Origin: Escherichia coli
GTDB taxonomy: Bacteria; Pseudomonadota; Gammaproteobacteria; Enterobacterales; Enterobacteriaceae
Strand: one strand, 5' to 3'
Assembly (NCBI RefSeq): GCF_022846255.1
Contig: NZ_AP025682.1
Length of the DNA: 64,000 nt
The translations under genes were made by a program, and so were the position numbers. Below, piece after piece: positions 1-10,208 of this stretch; the stretch's first letter is position 1, and every line of letters starts with the position of its first letter. Below the pieces are notes generated by a model that was not told the origin of the DNA, ran no database searches, and saw only the letters and a list, made by a program, of their open reading frames with translations.

Positions 1-335
1 CCACTAAATAATTAGCTAGAACAATAAGAATAATTTTGGGCAGTAAAGACAGGATGTAAACTACACTTATTCCAGTATGTTGGTTATCGTAGTTATATAT
101 GATGAGCTCTAAAGTCCGCTTCTCGCTCATAACAGACATTCACTACAGTTATAGTAGAAGGTATGCATGCTGAGTGGGGAAAGTGTGAAAGAAAAGAAGA
201 CTGCTGCGTCGTTTGTCGTCACGTTTATCTTCATTGGTTATGCAAGTAGTAATACAAGATGGGACAAAACTGAGGCACACATAGCTTTGTACTGGATTGC
301 TAGGCTTTGTGCTCTTCGATAGTGGTTAAGGTGGA

Positions 336-1493
336 TCACTCCACCTTTTCATCAATCCAGTCCGCCCACCATTGCATCATTTCTCTGCGTTTATCGAGAT
401 ACTGAGCATGGTTGTAAATCCCACGCACAGATCCGCCGTTGGCATGTGCCAGTTGCACTTCAATAGCGTCAGCAGGCCATTCGTGCTCGTTCATAATTGT
501 GCTGAATTCATGCCTGAATCCGTGACCGCTTTCCAGACCCTCATAGCCGATTTGTTTGATCACAAGCAATACCGCGTTCTCGCAGATTGGCTTCTTCTTA
601 TCGTTGCGCCCGGCAAAAACAAACTCTGATACTGGTTTAGTGATGGAGCTTAGCGTAGTGAGAAGTTCAACCACCTGGTCTGACATAGGAACAACATGAA
701 TCTTGCGGCCCTTCATCACACTGGCGTCGATAGTGATAATCCTGTTTTCAAAATCGACGTTCTTCCATTGCATGGAGCGAAGCTCTTTCGTTCTTAGGGC
801 TGTGTAGCGTAAAACTTTGGTCGCAATGAGCGATATGATGCTTCCTGAAAATGTTGCCAGTGCTTTGTTGAATGCAGGGATCTGGTCTGCTGGGAGAAAC
901 GGGAAGTTCTTCTTGCGGTATCCCTTCATGGCGTCAGCAAGGTCAGGTGCCGGGTTATATTTAGCCCTACCAGTGACAATAGCGTAACGGAAAACCTCGC
1001 CGCATCTTCTGCGGGCTTTGTTGGCTCGCTCCATTGCACCGCGATCTTCAAATCTGCGGATTACTTCCAGCAGTTGCATCGGCTCAATATCCTGAATTTC
1101 AAGGCCGCCGATGATAGGTAAAATGTCGTCATCAAACATTTTTGCAAGTTCAGTTGCATAGCCTACTGACCAGACTTGCTTCTTGTGCTCGTACCATTCC
1201 TTGTAAATCGCACTAAAGGAATTGTTGTTAGACGAAGCCTTTTTCGCTTTTACCGGATCGATGCCAACCGAGATGTCTTTCCTCGCGGTCCATGCTTTAT
1301 CTCTTGCCTCCTGCAAAGTCATTAGCGGATATTTTCCTACGGTCAGGATTTTCTCCTTACCGTCAATCTTGTAGCGAAGCTGCCATACCTTTTTCCCTGA
1401 CACAGGGACATAAAGGTACAGGCCATTACCATCGAGTAGGCGGTATGGTTTTTCTTTCGGCTTTGCTGCTTCAATCTGCTTAACGGTGAGCAT
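336..1493 (-). CDS. intS: Prophage integrase IntS (tyrosine recombinase, P4-like)
   Basis: ORF-track frame 336..1529; translation MLTVKQIEAAKPKEKPYRLLDGNGLYLYVP... has an integrase N-terminus and a catalytic C-terminal domain. Start placed at ATG 1493 (385 aa); an upstream in-frame GTG at 1529 is possible. Confidence 0.9.
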   Translation of the reverse strand: MLTVKQIEAAKPKEKPYRLLDGNGLYLYVPVSGKKVWQLRYKIDGKEKILTVGKYPLMTLQEARDKAWTARKDISVGIDPVKAKKASSNNNSFSAIYKEWYEHKKQVWSVGYATELAKMFDDDILPIIGGLEIQDIEPMQLLEVIRRFEDRGAMERANKARRRCGEVFRYAIVTGRAKYNPAPDLADAMKGYRKKNFPFLPADQIPAFNKALATFSGSIISLIATKVLRYTALRTKELRSMQWKNVDFENRIITIDASVMKGRKIHVVPMSDQVVELLTTLSSITKPVSEFVFAGRNDKKKPICENAVLLVIKQIGYEGLESGHGFRHEFSTIMNEHEWPADAIEVQLAHANGGSVRGIYNHAQYLDKRREMMQWWADWIDEKVE

Positions 1494-1654
1494 GGGTAAA
1501 AATCCGGTGGGTAAAATTATTTTATCCACTTTTTACCCGTCATGGAGTGCGGCTGTCAACGATCTGACGCGAACCATTACGAACTGTGAATCTACGGAAG
1601 GCTTGATATTCAGGGGATTTTGCGGACTGGTACGGATGGGAGCGAACTGATAAA

Positions 1655-1729
1655 TGGTGTCCCCTGCAGGAATCGAACCTGCAATTAGCCCTTAGGAGGG
1701 GCTCGTTATATCCATTTAACTAAGAGGAC
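1655..1729 (-). tRNA. argW: tRNA-Arg (anticodon CCU)
   Basis: 75-nt sequence whose reverse complement reads GTCCTCTTAGTTAAATGGATATAACGAGCCCCTCCTAAGGGCTAATTGCAGGTTCGATTCCTGCAGGGGACACCA: cloverleaf-compatible, CCT anticodon, encoded CCA end. Confidence 0.85.
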
Positions 1730-1804
1730 AATGCGGCATGAGTATACCCGCTAATGGACTACGGAGTAAGTACACAGCCGCTCGATTGCTTAAACCCTCG
1801 CCAT

Positions 1805-2737
1805 TTATGCCGGGTTTTTATCATTTTTCTTAATGTTTTCCGCACGTTCTGCTTTTTGGCGTGCTTCTGCTTTGCGCTTGTTGCTCATGTCGTTACGAAT
1901 CTGTGCATGACTCATTAACGCGAAGATAAAGGTGCCGCCGCAGATGTTCCCCGCTAAAGTAGGTAGTGCGAAGGGCCAGATGAAATCGCTCCAGTGCAGC
2001 GTACCGTTAAACACCAGATAGAGGATTTCTACAGAACCGACAACGATGTGGGTGGTGTCACCCAGGGCAATAAGCCAGGTCATCAATATAATCACCACAA
2101 TCTTTGCCGCACCCGCTGCAGGAAACATCCATACCATAGTGGCGATCAGCCAGCCGGAAATGATCGCGTTGGCAAACATCTCGCTGGGGGTGTTCTTCAT
2201 CACATCCATGCCGATTTTGACAAATGCATCGCGAGTTTCTTCATTGAAGATTGGCATATATTCAAATGCCCACGCCGCAATACCTGTCCCGAGAATATTA
2301 CCCAGCAGCACGACGCCCCATAACCGCATAAGTAAGCCAACGTTGCTCATTGTCGGTTTTTGCATGACGGGTAGTACCGCAGTCACGGTGTTTTCGGTAA
2401 ATAATTGCTGGCGGGCCATAATGACGATAATAAAACCAAAGGTATAACCGAGATTCTCCAGCAAGAAGCTGCCCGGCACACCTTCCAGTTCGACATGAAA
2501 TATCCCTTTTGCCAGTAATGAAGCGCCCATCGACAGGCCCGCCGCAATGGCTGACCACAGTAGCGCCATTGCGTCGCGTTCCAGCTCTTTTTCACCATCC
2601 TGGCGGATATGCTCATGAATTGCCATCGCCCGGGAGGGGAGTCGGTCTTCATCTATTTCTATTTTTTTGCCGCGCTCTTTTTCTTCGCTCTCAACTTCAA
2701 TTTCGTCGCTGTGTTGATCAATTTTGTCGTTGTCCAT
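1805..2737 (-). CDS. yfdC: Inner membrane protein YfdC, formate/nitrite transporter (FNT) family
   Basis: 310-aa ORF with multiple hydrophobic helices; recognised as YfdC from sequence and position next to argW. Confidence 0.9.
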   Translation of the reverse strand: MDNDKIDQHSDEIEVESEEKERGKKIEIDEDRLPSRAMAIHEHIRQDGEKELERDAMALLWSAIAAGLSMGASLLAKGIFHVELEGVPGSFLLENLGYTFGFIIVIMARQQLFTENTVTAVLPVMQKPTMSNVGLLMRLWGVVLLGNILGTGIAAWAFEYMPIFNEETRDAFVKIGMDVMKNTPSEMFANAIISGWLIATMVWMFPAAGAAKIVVIILMTWLIALGDTTHIVVGSVEILYLVFNGTLHWSDFIWPFALPTLAGNICGGTFIFALMSHAQIRNDMSNKRKAEARQKAERAENIKKNDKNPA

Positions 2738-3030
2738 GGTCTCTTCTCTTGAATTAGCACGTATAGCTAAAGCGTAGCGGCTTTTTTGCTCGCAACTGGC
2801 GGGAGTTACTCTGAAAATGTAGAAAAGGCCGCGTTTGCCTTTTTCTGTTTCTATAGAATCAAGTAGCCTACAGGGCGGCGATTACCAGGCTATGATCAAA
2901 TCAGCAAATCAGGGCGTCTGGACATCAGTTGACGTGCTGTTACAATCGCCCACACCTAAACAGGCGGATACGGTATCGTTCCGTCATGGATGGCAAACTG
3001 CATAAGCCATAAAAAAACAGGGAGACATTT

Positions 3031-3786
3031 ATGAAGCTTCGCCTGTCGGCGCTTGCTCTGGGAACTACGCTTCTGGTGGGGTGTGCGAGTTCCGGTACAG
3101 ATCAGCAAGGGCGTTCTGACCCGTTAGAAGGGTTTAACCGCACTATGTACAACTTCAACTTCAATGTATTAGACCCGTATATTGTTCGACCGGTCGCTGT
3201 CGCCTGGCGTGATTATGTTCCGCAACCTGCGCGTAACGGTTTGAGCAACTTTACCGGCAACCTTGAAGAACCTGCGGTGATGGTTAACTACTTCTTGCAG
3301 GGCGACCCTTATCAGGGGATGGTCCACTTTACCCGCTTTTTCCTGAATACCATTTTGGGAATGGGCGGCTTTATTGATGTTGCAGGGATGGCGAACCCGA
3401 AACTGCAACGGACTGAACCTCACCGCTTCGGTAGTACGCTTGGTCATTATGGTGTGGGTTATGGGCCGTACGTTCAGTTACCGTTCTACGGTAGCTTCAC
3501 GCTGCGTGATGACGGTGGTGATATGGCGGATGGTCTTTACCCGGTTCTTTCCTGGCTGACCTGGCCGATGTCTGTGGGTAAATGGACGCTTGAAGGGATA
3601 GAAACTCGTGCGCAGTTGTTGGATTCCGACGGTCTGCTGCGTCAGTCCTCCGATCCTTATATTATGGTGCGTGAAGCGTACTTCCAGCGTCATGATTTCA
3701 TCGCTAATGGCGGTGAACTCAAACCGCAGGAAAATCCGAACGCGCAAGCGATTCAGGATGATTTAAAAGATATCGATTCTGAATAA
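3031..3786 (+). CDS. mlaA: Intermembrane phospholipid transport lipoprotein MlaA (VacJ)
   Basis: 251-aa ORF with lipoprotein signal peptide and lipobox (LLVGCASSG). Confidence 0.93.
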   Translation: MKLRLSALALGTTLLVGCASSGTDQQGRSDPLEGFNRTMYNFNFNVLDPYIVRPVAVAWRDYVPQPARNGLSNFTGNLEEPAVMVNYFLQGDPYQGMVHFTRFFLNTILGMGGFIDVAGMANPKLQRTEPHRFGSTLGHYGVGYGPYVQLPFYGSFTLRDDGGDMADGLYPVLSWLTWPMSVGKWTLEGIETRAQLLDSDGLLRQSSDPYIMVREAYFQRHDFIANGGELKPQENPNAQAIQDDLKDIDSE

Positions 3787-3791
3787 GAAAC

Positions 3792-3824
3792 AAAAAAGGT
3801 GAGTCGCAAAACTCACCTTTTTTC
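3792..3824. terminator. Bidirectional intrinsic terminator between convergent mlaA and fadL
   Basis: Stem AGGTGAGT / ACTCACCT with loop CGCAAA, flanked by an A-run upstream and a T-run downstream, so it works on both strands. Confidence 0.65.
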
Positions 3825-3843
3825 TTATTAAGCTAACGCGTTA

Positions 3844-5184
3844 TCAGAACGCGTAGTTAAAGTTAGTACCGAACAGCCAGGCTTTACCTTCAGACTCGAA
3901 CTGATATGGGCCTTCGTTAATTTTCACGCTCTGACCGTGCATATAAGAAACACCAACGTCGACTGAAGCGTCTTTATTAAATGCGTAAGTCGTACCTGCA
4001 CTCAGCCAGAAACGGTCCTGGTCCGGAATGGAGATAGAACGATTCTGTGCCGGAACTGGGCTGTCATCAAAGGCGATACCGGTACGGAAGGTCCAGTTAT
4101 CATCGTAGTAATAAGTGGTACCCAACGCGATGCGGTAAGCATCTTTAAAGCCTTCATGTTTCTGGAACAGCGTGTCGCCACTCGTTGAGGTCGCTTTCAG
4201 CTGCTGGAACTGACTCCAGCTGGTGTAAGCCAGGCTATAGTGAATTGCCCACTGCGGAGCAACACGGTTATAACCCGACACTTCCCACATTTCAGGCAGG
4301 TTCAGCGTCAGATAACCTGACTGCGTTGCGCCACCTGTCGCGGTAGGAATTGGCAAACCGTAGTTATTAAAAGCCGGGTTAAGATCGCTGCTGTAGTTAC
4401 CCTTGAAGTCAATTTTCACTTCAGAGCGGTAGGTCAATGCGTAGCGGTTGTTTTTATCCAGTTCATACAGGATACCGGCGTTCCAGCCAAAGCCCCACTG
4501 GTTACCGTTCAGGTGAGCGATTTTGGTATTACTGTCGATGCCGTTGGCGGTAGCTGCTAATGCTTGCCCCTGAGGAGTCAGCCAAGCAGGAGATTGCCTA
4601 ATCTGACCAGCCACCAGTTGCCCCAGATCGCCTGCGAAACGTTCAATTTTCGCGCGAGCGTAGACGGCGTTGAAACCAAGACCAAAGCTCCATGCATTAT
4701 TTAAGCGATATGCACCGCTTAAGTTCAGGTTCATGGTTTCGAGGTCGGTGGTACCACCGACAGAACCGCCTGCATAAGTATCGTTAAACTCTGTCGCCAG
4801 ACCATAGTTAGAGGTAATTGAAGCCCCCCAACCAAATTGGTCGTTAATCGGTGCAACAAAGTGCATGTTCGGAACCCATGCCGTAGGCGCGATGTTATCG
4901 GCTTTCAGGCTACGACCAGACGGAGACGTTCCGCTGATATTTACATCCGGATCAATATAAACCGCACCCGCAGAAAATGTCGGGCGGTCAAACATGGTAA
5001 TCAATGCGGGGTTACGGCTAACGTTACCTGCATCATCGGCAATTGCACCTTCCCCTGAATAAGCCCGGCCCAGGCCAGAGGAAGAAAATTCGTTTAACTG
5101 AAAGCCTGCCGACCAGGCCTGGGTGGAGATAAGTGCCACTGCGACTGCGAGAGCAGACTTTGTAAACAGGGTTTTCTGGCTCAT
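3844..5184 (-). CDS. fadL: Long-chain fatty acid outer membrane transporter FadL
   Basis: ORF-track frame 3844..5190; start trimmed to the third codon ([27 protein letters not shown] signal peptide); ends in the aromatic beta-barrel terminus ...NFNYAF. Confidence 0.93.
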   Translation of the reverse strand: MSQKTLFTKSALAVAVALISTQAWSAGFQLNEFSSSGLGRAYSGEGAIADDAGNVSRNPALITMFDRPTFSAGAVYIDPDVNISGTSPSGRSLKADNIAPTAWVPNMHFVAPINDQFGWGASITSNYGLATEFNDTYAGGSVGGTTDLETMNLNLSGAYRLNNAWSFGLGFNAVYARAKIERFAGDLGQLVAGQIRQSPAWLTPQGQALAATANGIDSNTKIAHLNGNQWGFGWNAGILYELDKNNRYALTYRSEVKIDFKGNYSSDLNPAFNNYGLPIPTATGGATQSGYLTLNLPEMWEVSGYNRVAPQWAIHYSLAYTSWSQFQQLKATSTSGDTLFQKHEGFKDAYRIALGTTYYYDDNWTFRTGIAFDDSPVPAQNRSISIPDQDRFWLSAGTTYAFNKDASVDVGVSYMHGQSVKINEGPYQFESEGKAWLFGTNFNYAF

Positions 5185-5270
5185 GACCATAACCTCAATG
5201 ATTTATTTTTATACAAACTATGTTACGTGCTGTAACAGGAGCGCGAAGTGTAGGGTCTGAGGTACATCTT

Positions 5271-5310
5271 AGAAATCAGACCAGTGGCGAGAGTATAGGT
5301 CGGACCAGCT
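5271..5310 (-). promoter_or_regulatory. Two FadR operator-like sites in the fadL promoter/leader
   Basis: Minus-strand reads AGCTGGTCCGACCTATA (5294-5310) and CACTGGTCTGATTTCT (5271-5286); both fit the FadR TGGTCNGACC core. Confidence 0.6.
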
Positions 5311-5555
5311 GGAATGTTGCAAGTATGTTTCTATTTTTTTTCAGATATGATCTAAGAAACGCGATCCAGCTGGCAAAATTGGGAGGTGGCGCACTCATGG
5401 ATTCGGGTGAATTTTGTTTTAGATCATTTTTAAGTGTGATTTCGGTCACTTATCCGATTTTGCAGAATTAACAACTGGAGCAGCACTTTCCGGAAGCGTA
5501 AAATATCCACAACGTTTATCTGGCACCTTGGGTGCACATACAGAGGAAATCAACG

Positions 5556-5840
5556 ATGAGTAAATGTAGTGCTGATGAAACCCCGGTTTGCTGCTGTATG
5601 GATGTTGGCACCATTATGGACAACTCCGACTGCACCGCGTCTTACAGCCGTGTGTTTGCAAACCGCGCAGAAGCAGAACAAACGCTGGCGGCGCTGACTG
5701 AAAAAGCCCGTAGCGTGGAATCCGAACCGTGCAAAATCACCCCGACTTTCACTGAAGAGTCTGACGGTGTGCGCCTGGATATCGATTTCACTTTTGCCTG
5801 CGAAGCTGAAATGTTGATCTTCCAGCTGGGTCTGCGTTAA
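5556..5840 (+). CDS. yfcZ: UPF0381 family small protein YfcZ
   Basis: 94 codons from ATG 5556, preceded by GAGGAA; translation MSKCSADETPVCCCMDVG...; the ORF-track upstream extension was rejected. Confidence 0.88.
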   Translation: MSKCSADETPVCCCMDVGTIMDNSDCTASYSRVFANRAEAEQTLAALTEKARSVESEPCKITPTFTEESDGVRLDIDFTFACEAEMLIFQLGLR

Positions 5841-5856
5841 TTCCTCTCGGGTATAT

Positions 5857-5893
5857 ACGCCCCTGTCAGTTCCTGGCGGGGGCGTTTTATTTT
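5857..5893 (+). terminator. Intrinsic terminator downstream of yfcZ
   Basis: GC stem ACGCCCC ... GGGGCGT followed by TTTTATTTT. Confidence 0.55.
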
Positions 5894-5976
5894 CTCTTCT
5901 ACTTTTCTCTCTGTGTCATAGCTCCCACTTTCCCTTTTCTCCACTTGGCTAAATGTAAAAAAATGGTTAAGACTAT

Positions 5977-5993
5977 GATCAGGTCAGACCACT
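5977..5993 (-). promoter_or_regulatory. FadR operator-like site upstream of fadIJ
   Basis: Reverse complement reads AGTGGTCTGACCTGATC, a close fit to the FadR consensus, about 30-45 bp upstream of the fadI start. Confidence 0.55.
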
Positions 5994-6020
5994 TTATTTA
6001 TTATTTTACAGGGGAGTGTT

Positions 6021-7331
6021 ATGGGTCAGGTTTTACCGCTGGTTACCCGCCAGGGCGATCGTATCGCCATTGTTAGCGGTTTACGTACGCCTTTTGCCCG
6101 ACAGGCGACGGCTTTTCATGGCATTCCCGCGGTTGATTTAGGGAAGATGGTGGTAGGCGAACTGCTGGCACGCACCGAGATCCCCGCTGAAGTGATTGAA
6201 CAACTGGTCTTCGGTCAGGTCGTTCAGATGCCTGAAGCCCCCAACATTGCGCGTGAAATTGTTCTCGGTACTGGAATGAATGTGCATACCGATGCTTACA
6301 GCGTTAGCCGCGCTTGCGCTACCAGTTTCCAGGCGGTTGCAAACGTCGCAGAAAGCCTGATGGCGGGAACTATTCGAGCGGGGATTGCCGGTGGGGCAGA
6401 TTCCTCTTCCGTATTGCCAATTGGCGTCAGTAAAAAACTGGCGCGCGTACTGGTTGATGTCAACAAAGCCCGCACAATGAGCCAGCGCCTGAAACTTTTT
6501 TCTCGCTTACGTTTGCGTGACTTAATGCCGGTGCCTCCGGCAGTGGCGGAATACTCCACTGGATTACGGATGGGGGACACCGCAGAGCAAATGGCGAAAA
6601 CCTACGGCATCACCCGAGAACAGCAAGATGCACTGGCGCACCGTTCGCATCAGCGTGCCGCTCAGGCGTGGTCAGAAGGTAAACTCAAAGAAGAGGTGAT
6701 GACTGCCTTTATCCCCCCTTATAAACAACCGCTTGTCGAAGACAACAATATTCGCGGTAATTCCTCTCTTGCTGATTACGCAAAGCTGCGCCCGGCGTTT
6801 GATCGTAAACACGGGACGGTAACGGCGGCGAACAGTACGCCGCTGACCGATGGCGCGGCAGCGGTGATCCTGATGACTGAATCCCGGGCGAAAGAATTAG
6901 GGCTGGTACCGCTGGGGTATCTGCGCAGCTACGCATTTACTGCGATAGATGTCTGGCAGGACATGTTGCTCGGTCCAGCCTGGTCAACACCGCTGGCGCT
7001 GGAACGTGCCGGATTGACGATGGGCGATCTGACATTGATCGATATGCACGAAGCCTTTGCCGCCCAGACGCTGGCCAATATTCAGTTGCTGGGTAGCGAA
7101 CGTTTTGCTCGCGACGTACTGGGGCGTGCACATGCCACTGGCGAAGTGGACGAGAGCAAATTTAACGTGCTTGGCGGTTCGATTGCTTATGGGCATCCCT
7201 TCGCAGCGACCGGCGCGCGGATGATTACCCAGACATTGCATGAACTTCGCCGTCGTGGCGGTGGATTTGGTTTAGTGACCGCCTGTGCTGCGGGTGGGCT
7301 TGGCGCAGCAATGGTTCTGGAGGCGGAATAA
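6021..7331 (+). CDS. fadI: 3-ketoacyl-CoA thiolase FadI (anaerobic beta-oxidation)
   Basis: 436-aa ORF with thiolase family signatures, including the C-terminal ...[13 protein letters not shown]. Confidence 0.95.
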
Positions 7332-9475
7332 TGGAAATGGCATCAGCGTTTACTCTTAATGTTCGTCTGGACAACATTGCTATCATCACCATCGACGTAC
7401 CGGGTGAGAAAATGAATACCCTGAAGGCGGAATTTGCCTCGCAGGTACGCGCCATTATTAAGCAACTCCGTGAAAACAAAGAGTTGCGTGGCGTGGTGTT
7501 TGTCTCCGCGAAACCAGACAACTTCATTGCTGGCGCAGACATCAACATGATCGGCAACTGCAAAACGGCGCAAGAAGCGGAAGTACTGGCGCGGCAGGGG
7601 CAACAGTTAATGGCGGAGATTCATGCTTTGCCCATTCCGGTTATCGCGGCTATTCATGGCGCTTGCCTGGGCGGCGGGCTGGAGTTGGCGCTGGCGTGCC
7701 ACGGTCGCGTGTGTACTGACGATCCTAAAACGGTGCTCGGTTTGCCTGAAGTACAACTTGGATTGTTACCCGGTTCAGGCGGTACCCAGCGTTTACCGCG
7801 TCTGATAGGTGTCAGCACAGCATTAGAGATGATCCTCACTGGAAAACAACTTCGGGCGAAACAGGCGGTAAAGCTGGGGTTGGTGGATGACGTCGTTCCG
7901 CACTCCATATTGCTGGAAGCCGCTGTTGAGCTGGCAAAGCAGGATCGCCCATCTTCACGCCCTCTACCTGTTCGCGAGCGTATTCTGGCGGGGCCGTTAG
8001 GTCGTGCGCTGCTGTTCAAAATGGTCGGCAAGAAAACAGAACACAAAACGCAAGGTAACTATCCGGCGACAGAACGCATCCTGGAGGTTGTCGAAACGGG
8101 ATTAGCGCAGGGCACCAGCAGCGGCTATGACGCTGAAGCACGGGCGTTTGGCGAACTGGCGATGACGCCGCAATCGCAGGCGCTGCGCAATATCTTTTTT
8201 GCCAGTACGGAAGTGAAAAAAGATCCCGGCAGTGATGCGCCGCCTGCGCCATTAAACAGCGTGGGGATTTTAGGTGGTGGCTTGATGGGCGGCGGTATTG
8301 CTTATGTCACTGCTTGTAAAGCGGGGCTTCCGGTCAGAATTAAAGATATCAACCCGCGGGGCATAAATCATGCGCTGAAGTACAGTTGGGATCAGCTTGA
8401 GGGCAAAGTTCGCCGTCGTCATCTCAAAGCCAGCGAACGTGACAAACAGCTGGCATTAATCTCCGGAACGACGGACTATTGCGGCTTTGCCCATCGAGAT
8501 CTGATTATTGAAGCGGTGTTTGAAAATCTCGAATTAAAACAACAGATGGTGGCGGAAGTGGAGCAAAATTGCGCTACTCATACCATCTTTGCTTCGAACA
8601 CGTCATCTTTACCGATTGGCGATATCGCCGCTCACGCCGCGCGACCTGAGCAAGTTATTGGCCTGCATTTCTTCAGTCCGGTGGAAAAAATGCCGCTGGT
8701 GGAGATTATTCCTCATGCGAGTACATCGGCGCAAACCATCGCCACCACGGTAAAACTGGCGAAAAAACAGGGCAAAACGCCAATTGTCGTGCGTGACAAA
8801 GCCGGGTTTTACGTCAATCGCATCTTAGCGCCTTACATCAATGAAGCTATCCGCATGTTGACCGAAGGCGAGCGTATTGAGCATATCGATGCCGCGCTGG
8901 TGAAATTTGGTTTTCCGGTAGGCCCAATCCAACTTTTGGATGAGGTAGGAATCGACACCGGGACTAAAATTATTCCTGTACTGGAAGCCGCTTATGGAGA
9001 ACGTTTTAGCGCGCCTGCAAATGTTGTTTCTTCAATTTTGAACGACGATCGCAAAGGCAGAAAAAATGGCCGGGGTTTCTATCTTTATGGTCAGAAAGGG
9101 CGTAAAAGCAAAAAACAGGTCGATCCCGCCATTTACCCGCTCATTGGCGCACAAGGGCAGGGGCGACTCTCCGCACCGCAGGTTGCTGAACGGTGTGTGA
9201 TGTTGATGCTGAATGAAGCTGTACGTTGTCTGGACGAGCAGGTTATCCGTAGCGTGCGTGACGGGGATATTGGCGCGGTATTTGGCATTGGTTTTCCGCC
9301 ATTTCTCGGTGGTCCGTTCCGCTACATCGATTCTCTCGGTGCGGGTGAAGTGGTTGCAATAATGCAACGACTGGCCACGCAGTATGGTTCCCGTTTTACC
9401 CCTTGCGATCGTTTAGTTGAGATGAGCGAGCGTGGGGAAAGTTTTTGGAAAACAACTGCAACTGACCTGCAATAA
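7331..9475 (+). CDS. fadJ: Multifunctional fatty acid oxidation complex alpha subunit FadJ (enoyl-CoA hydratase / 3-hydroxyacyl-CoA dehydrogenase)
   Basis: 714-aa ORF; ATG overlaps the fadI stop (TAATGG), suggesting translational coupling; carries crotonase-fold and NAD-binding [10 protein letters not shown] motifs. Confidence 0.95.
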   Translation: MEMASAFTLNVRLDNIAIITIDVPGEKMNTLKAEFASQVRAIIKQLRENKELRGVVFVSAKPDNFIAGADINMIGNCKTAQEAEVLARQGQQLMAEIHALPIPVIAAIHGACLGGGLELALACHGRVCTDDPKTVLGLPEVQLGLLPGSGGTQRLPRLIGVSTALEMILTGKQLRAKQAVKLGLVDDVVPHSILLEAAVELAKQDRPSSRPLPVRERILAGPLGRALLFKMVGKKTEHKTQGNYPATERILEVVETGLAQGTSSGYDAEARAFGELAMTPQSQALRNIFFASTEVKKDPGSDAPPAPLNSVGILGGGLMGGGIAYVTACKAGLPVRIKDINPRGINHALKYSWDQLEGKVRRRHLKASERDKQLALISGTTDYCGFAHRDLIIEAVFENLELKQQMVAEVEQNCATHTIFASNTSSLPIGDIAAHAARPEQVIGLHFFSPVEKMPLVEIIPHASTSAQTIATTVKLAKKQGKTPIVVRDKAGFYVNRILAPYINEAIRMLTEGERIEHIDAALVKFGFPVGPIQLLDEVGIDTGTKIIPVLEAAYGERFSAPANVVSSILNDDRKGRKNGRGFYLYGQKGRKSKKQVDPAIYPLIGAQGQGRLSAPQVAERCVMLMLNEAVRCLDEQVIRSVRDGDIGAVFGIGFPPFLGGPFRYIDSLGAGEVVAIMQRLATQYGSRFTPCDRLVEMSERGESFWKTTATDLQ

Positions 9476-9611
9476 GAAGGTCAAAGTTATATGAATCCGC
9501 GCTGAATGGCGGAGTGTTGCTCAAAATGTAAACTCATATTGACTATACTTACGCCATTGAGGTAAAAAACAGCGTTTCATTCGGTGAATGGATAAGGCAC
9601 AATGCCGGCCA

Positions 9612-9648
9612 CCGTTTTCTTTCTCTGGTTTCAGATGAAAGAAAACGG
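9612..9648 (+). other. Perfect 12-bp inverted repeat (hairpin) in the fadJ-sixA intergenic region / sixA leader
   Basis: CCGTTTTCTTTC - 13-nt loop - GAAAGAAAACGG, about 30 nt upstream of the sixA start; no U-tract follows. Confidence 0.45.
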
Positions 9649-9677
9649 GCGAATCTGGTTAACAAAAGCGGTGCAAT

Positions 9678-10163
9678 ATGCAAGTTTTTATCATGCGTCA
9701 CGGCGACGCAGCCCTCGATGCCGCCAGTGATTCGGTTCGTCCTCTGACCACTAACGGTTGTGACGAATCTCGCCTGATGGCGAACTGGCTGAAAGGTCAA
9801 AAAGTGGAAATCGAACGCGTTCTGGTGAGCCCGTTCCTGCGAGCCGAGCAAACACTGGAAGAAGTAGGGGATTGTCTGAACCTGCCTTCCAGTGCAGAAG
9901 TTCTGCCGGAGTTAACGCCCTGCGGCGATGTTGGTCTGGTCGGCGCCTATTTGCAGGCGTTGACCAATGAAGGTGTTGCTTCGGTACTGGTGATCTCCCA
10001 CTTACCGTTAGTCGGGTATCTGGTTGCCGAGTTATGTCCGGGCGAAACGCCGCCTATGTTTACCACGTCAGCGATTGCCAGCGTAACGCTTGATGAAAGC
10101 GGAAAAGGCCAATTCAACTGGCAAATGAGCCCTTGTAATTTGAAGATGGCAAAAGCAATTTAA
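9678..10163 (+). CDS. sixA: Phosphohistidine phosphatase SixA
   Basis: 161-aa ORF starting MQVFIMRHGDA (RHG histidine-phosphatase motif). Confidence 0.92.
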   Translation: MQVFIMRHGDAALDAASDSVRPLTTNGCDESRLMANWLKGQKVEIERVLVSPFLRAEQTLEEVGDCLNLPSSAEVLPELTPCGDVGLVGAYLQALTNEGVASVLVISHLPLVGYLVAELCPGETPPMFTTSAIASVTLDESGKGQFNWQMSPCNLKMAKAI

Positions 10164-10171
10164 GCAATCAA

Positions 10172-10208
10172 TGCCCGGTTACGTGCGCGTACACCGGGCA
10201 GTTTCTCC
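10172..10208 (+). terminator. Probable intrinsic terminator after sixA
   Basis: Stem TGCCCGGT / ACCGGGCA with a 13-nt loop, followed by GTTTCTCC. Confidence 0.45.

Larger units (their letters stand above)
1..1729. mobile_element. Edge of a tRNA-Arg(argW)-integrated prophage-like island (integrase end); island continues beyond the window start
   Basis: P4-family tyrosine integrase CDS lies about 160 bp from the 3' CCA end of tRNA-Arg on the same strand; bases 1-335 are AT-rich. From memory this is the CPS-53/KpLE1 attachment locus of K-12. Confidence 0.6.

Noticed and set aside
1-335. Possible island cargo gene at the extreme left edge
   Set aside because: The AT-rich sequence has frequent stops on both strands by eye and no complete ORF; any gene would be truncated by the window boundary, so nothing was called.
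1494-1529. Alternative upstream GTG start for intS (397-aa version)
   Set aside because: Not excluded, but ATG 1493 yields the conventional 385-aa integrase; left as an alternative.
5220-5471. 83-aa plus-strand ORF in the fadL-yfcZ intergenic region
   Set aside because: It overlaps the fadL leader and FadR operators, has no ribosome-binding site, and its translation looks unstructured.
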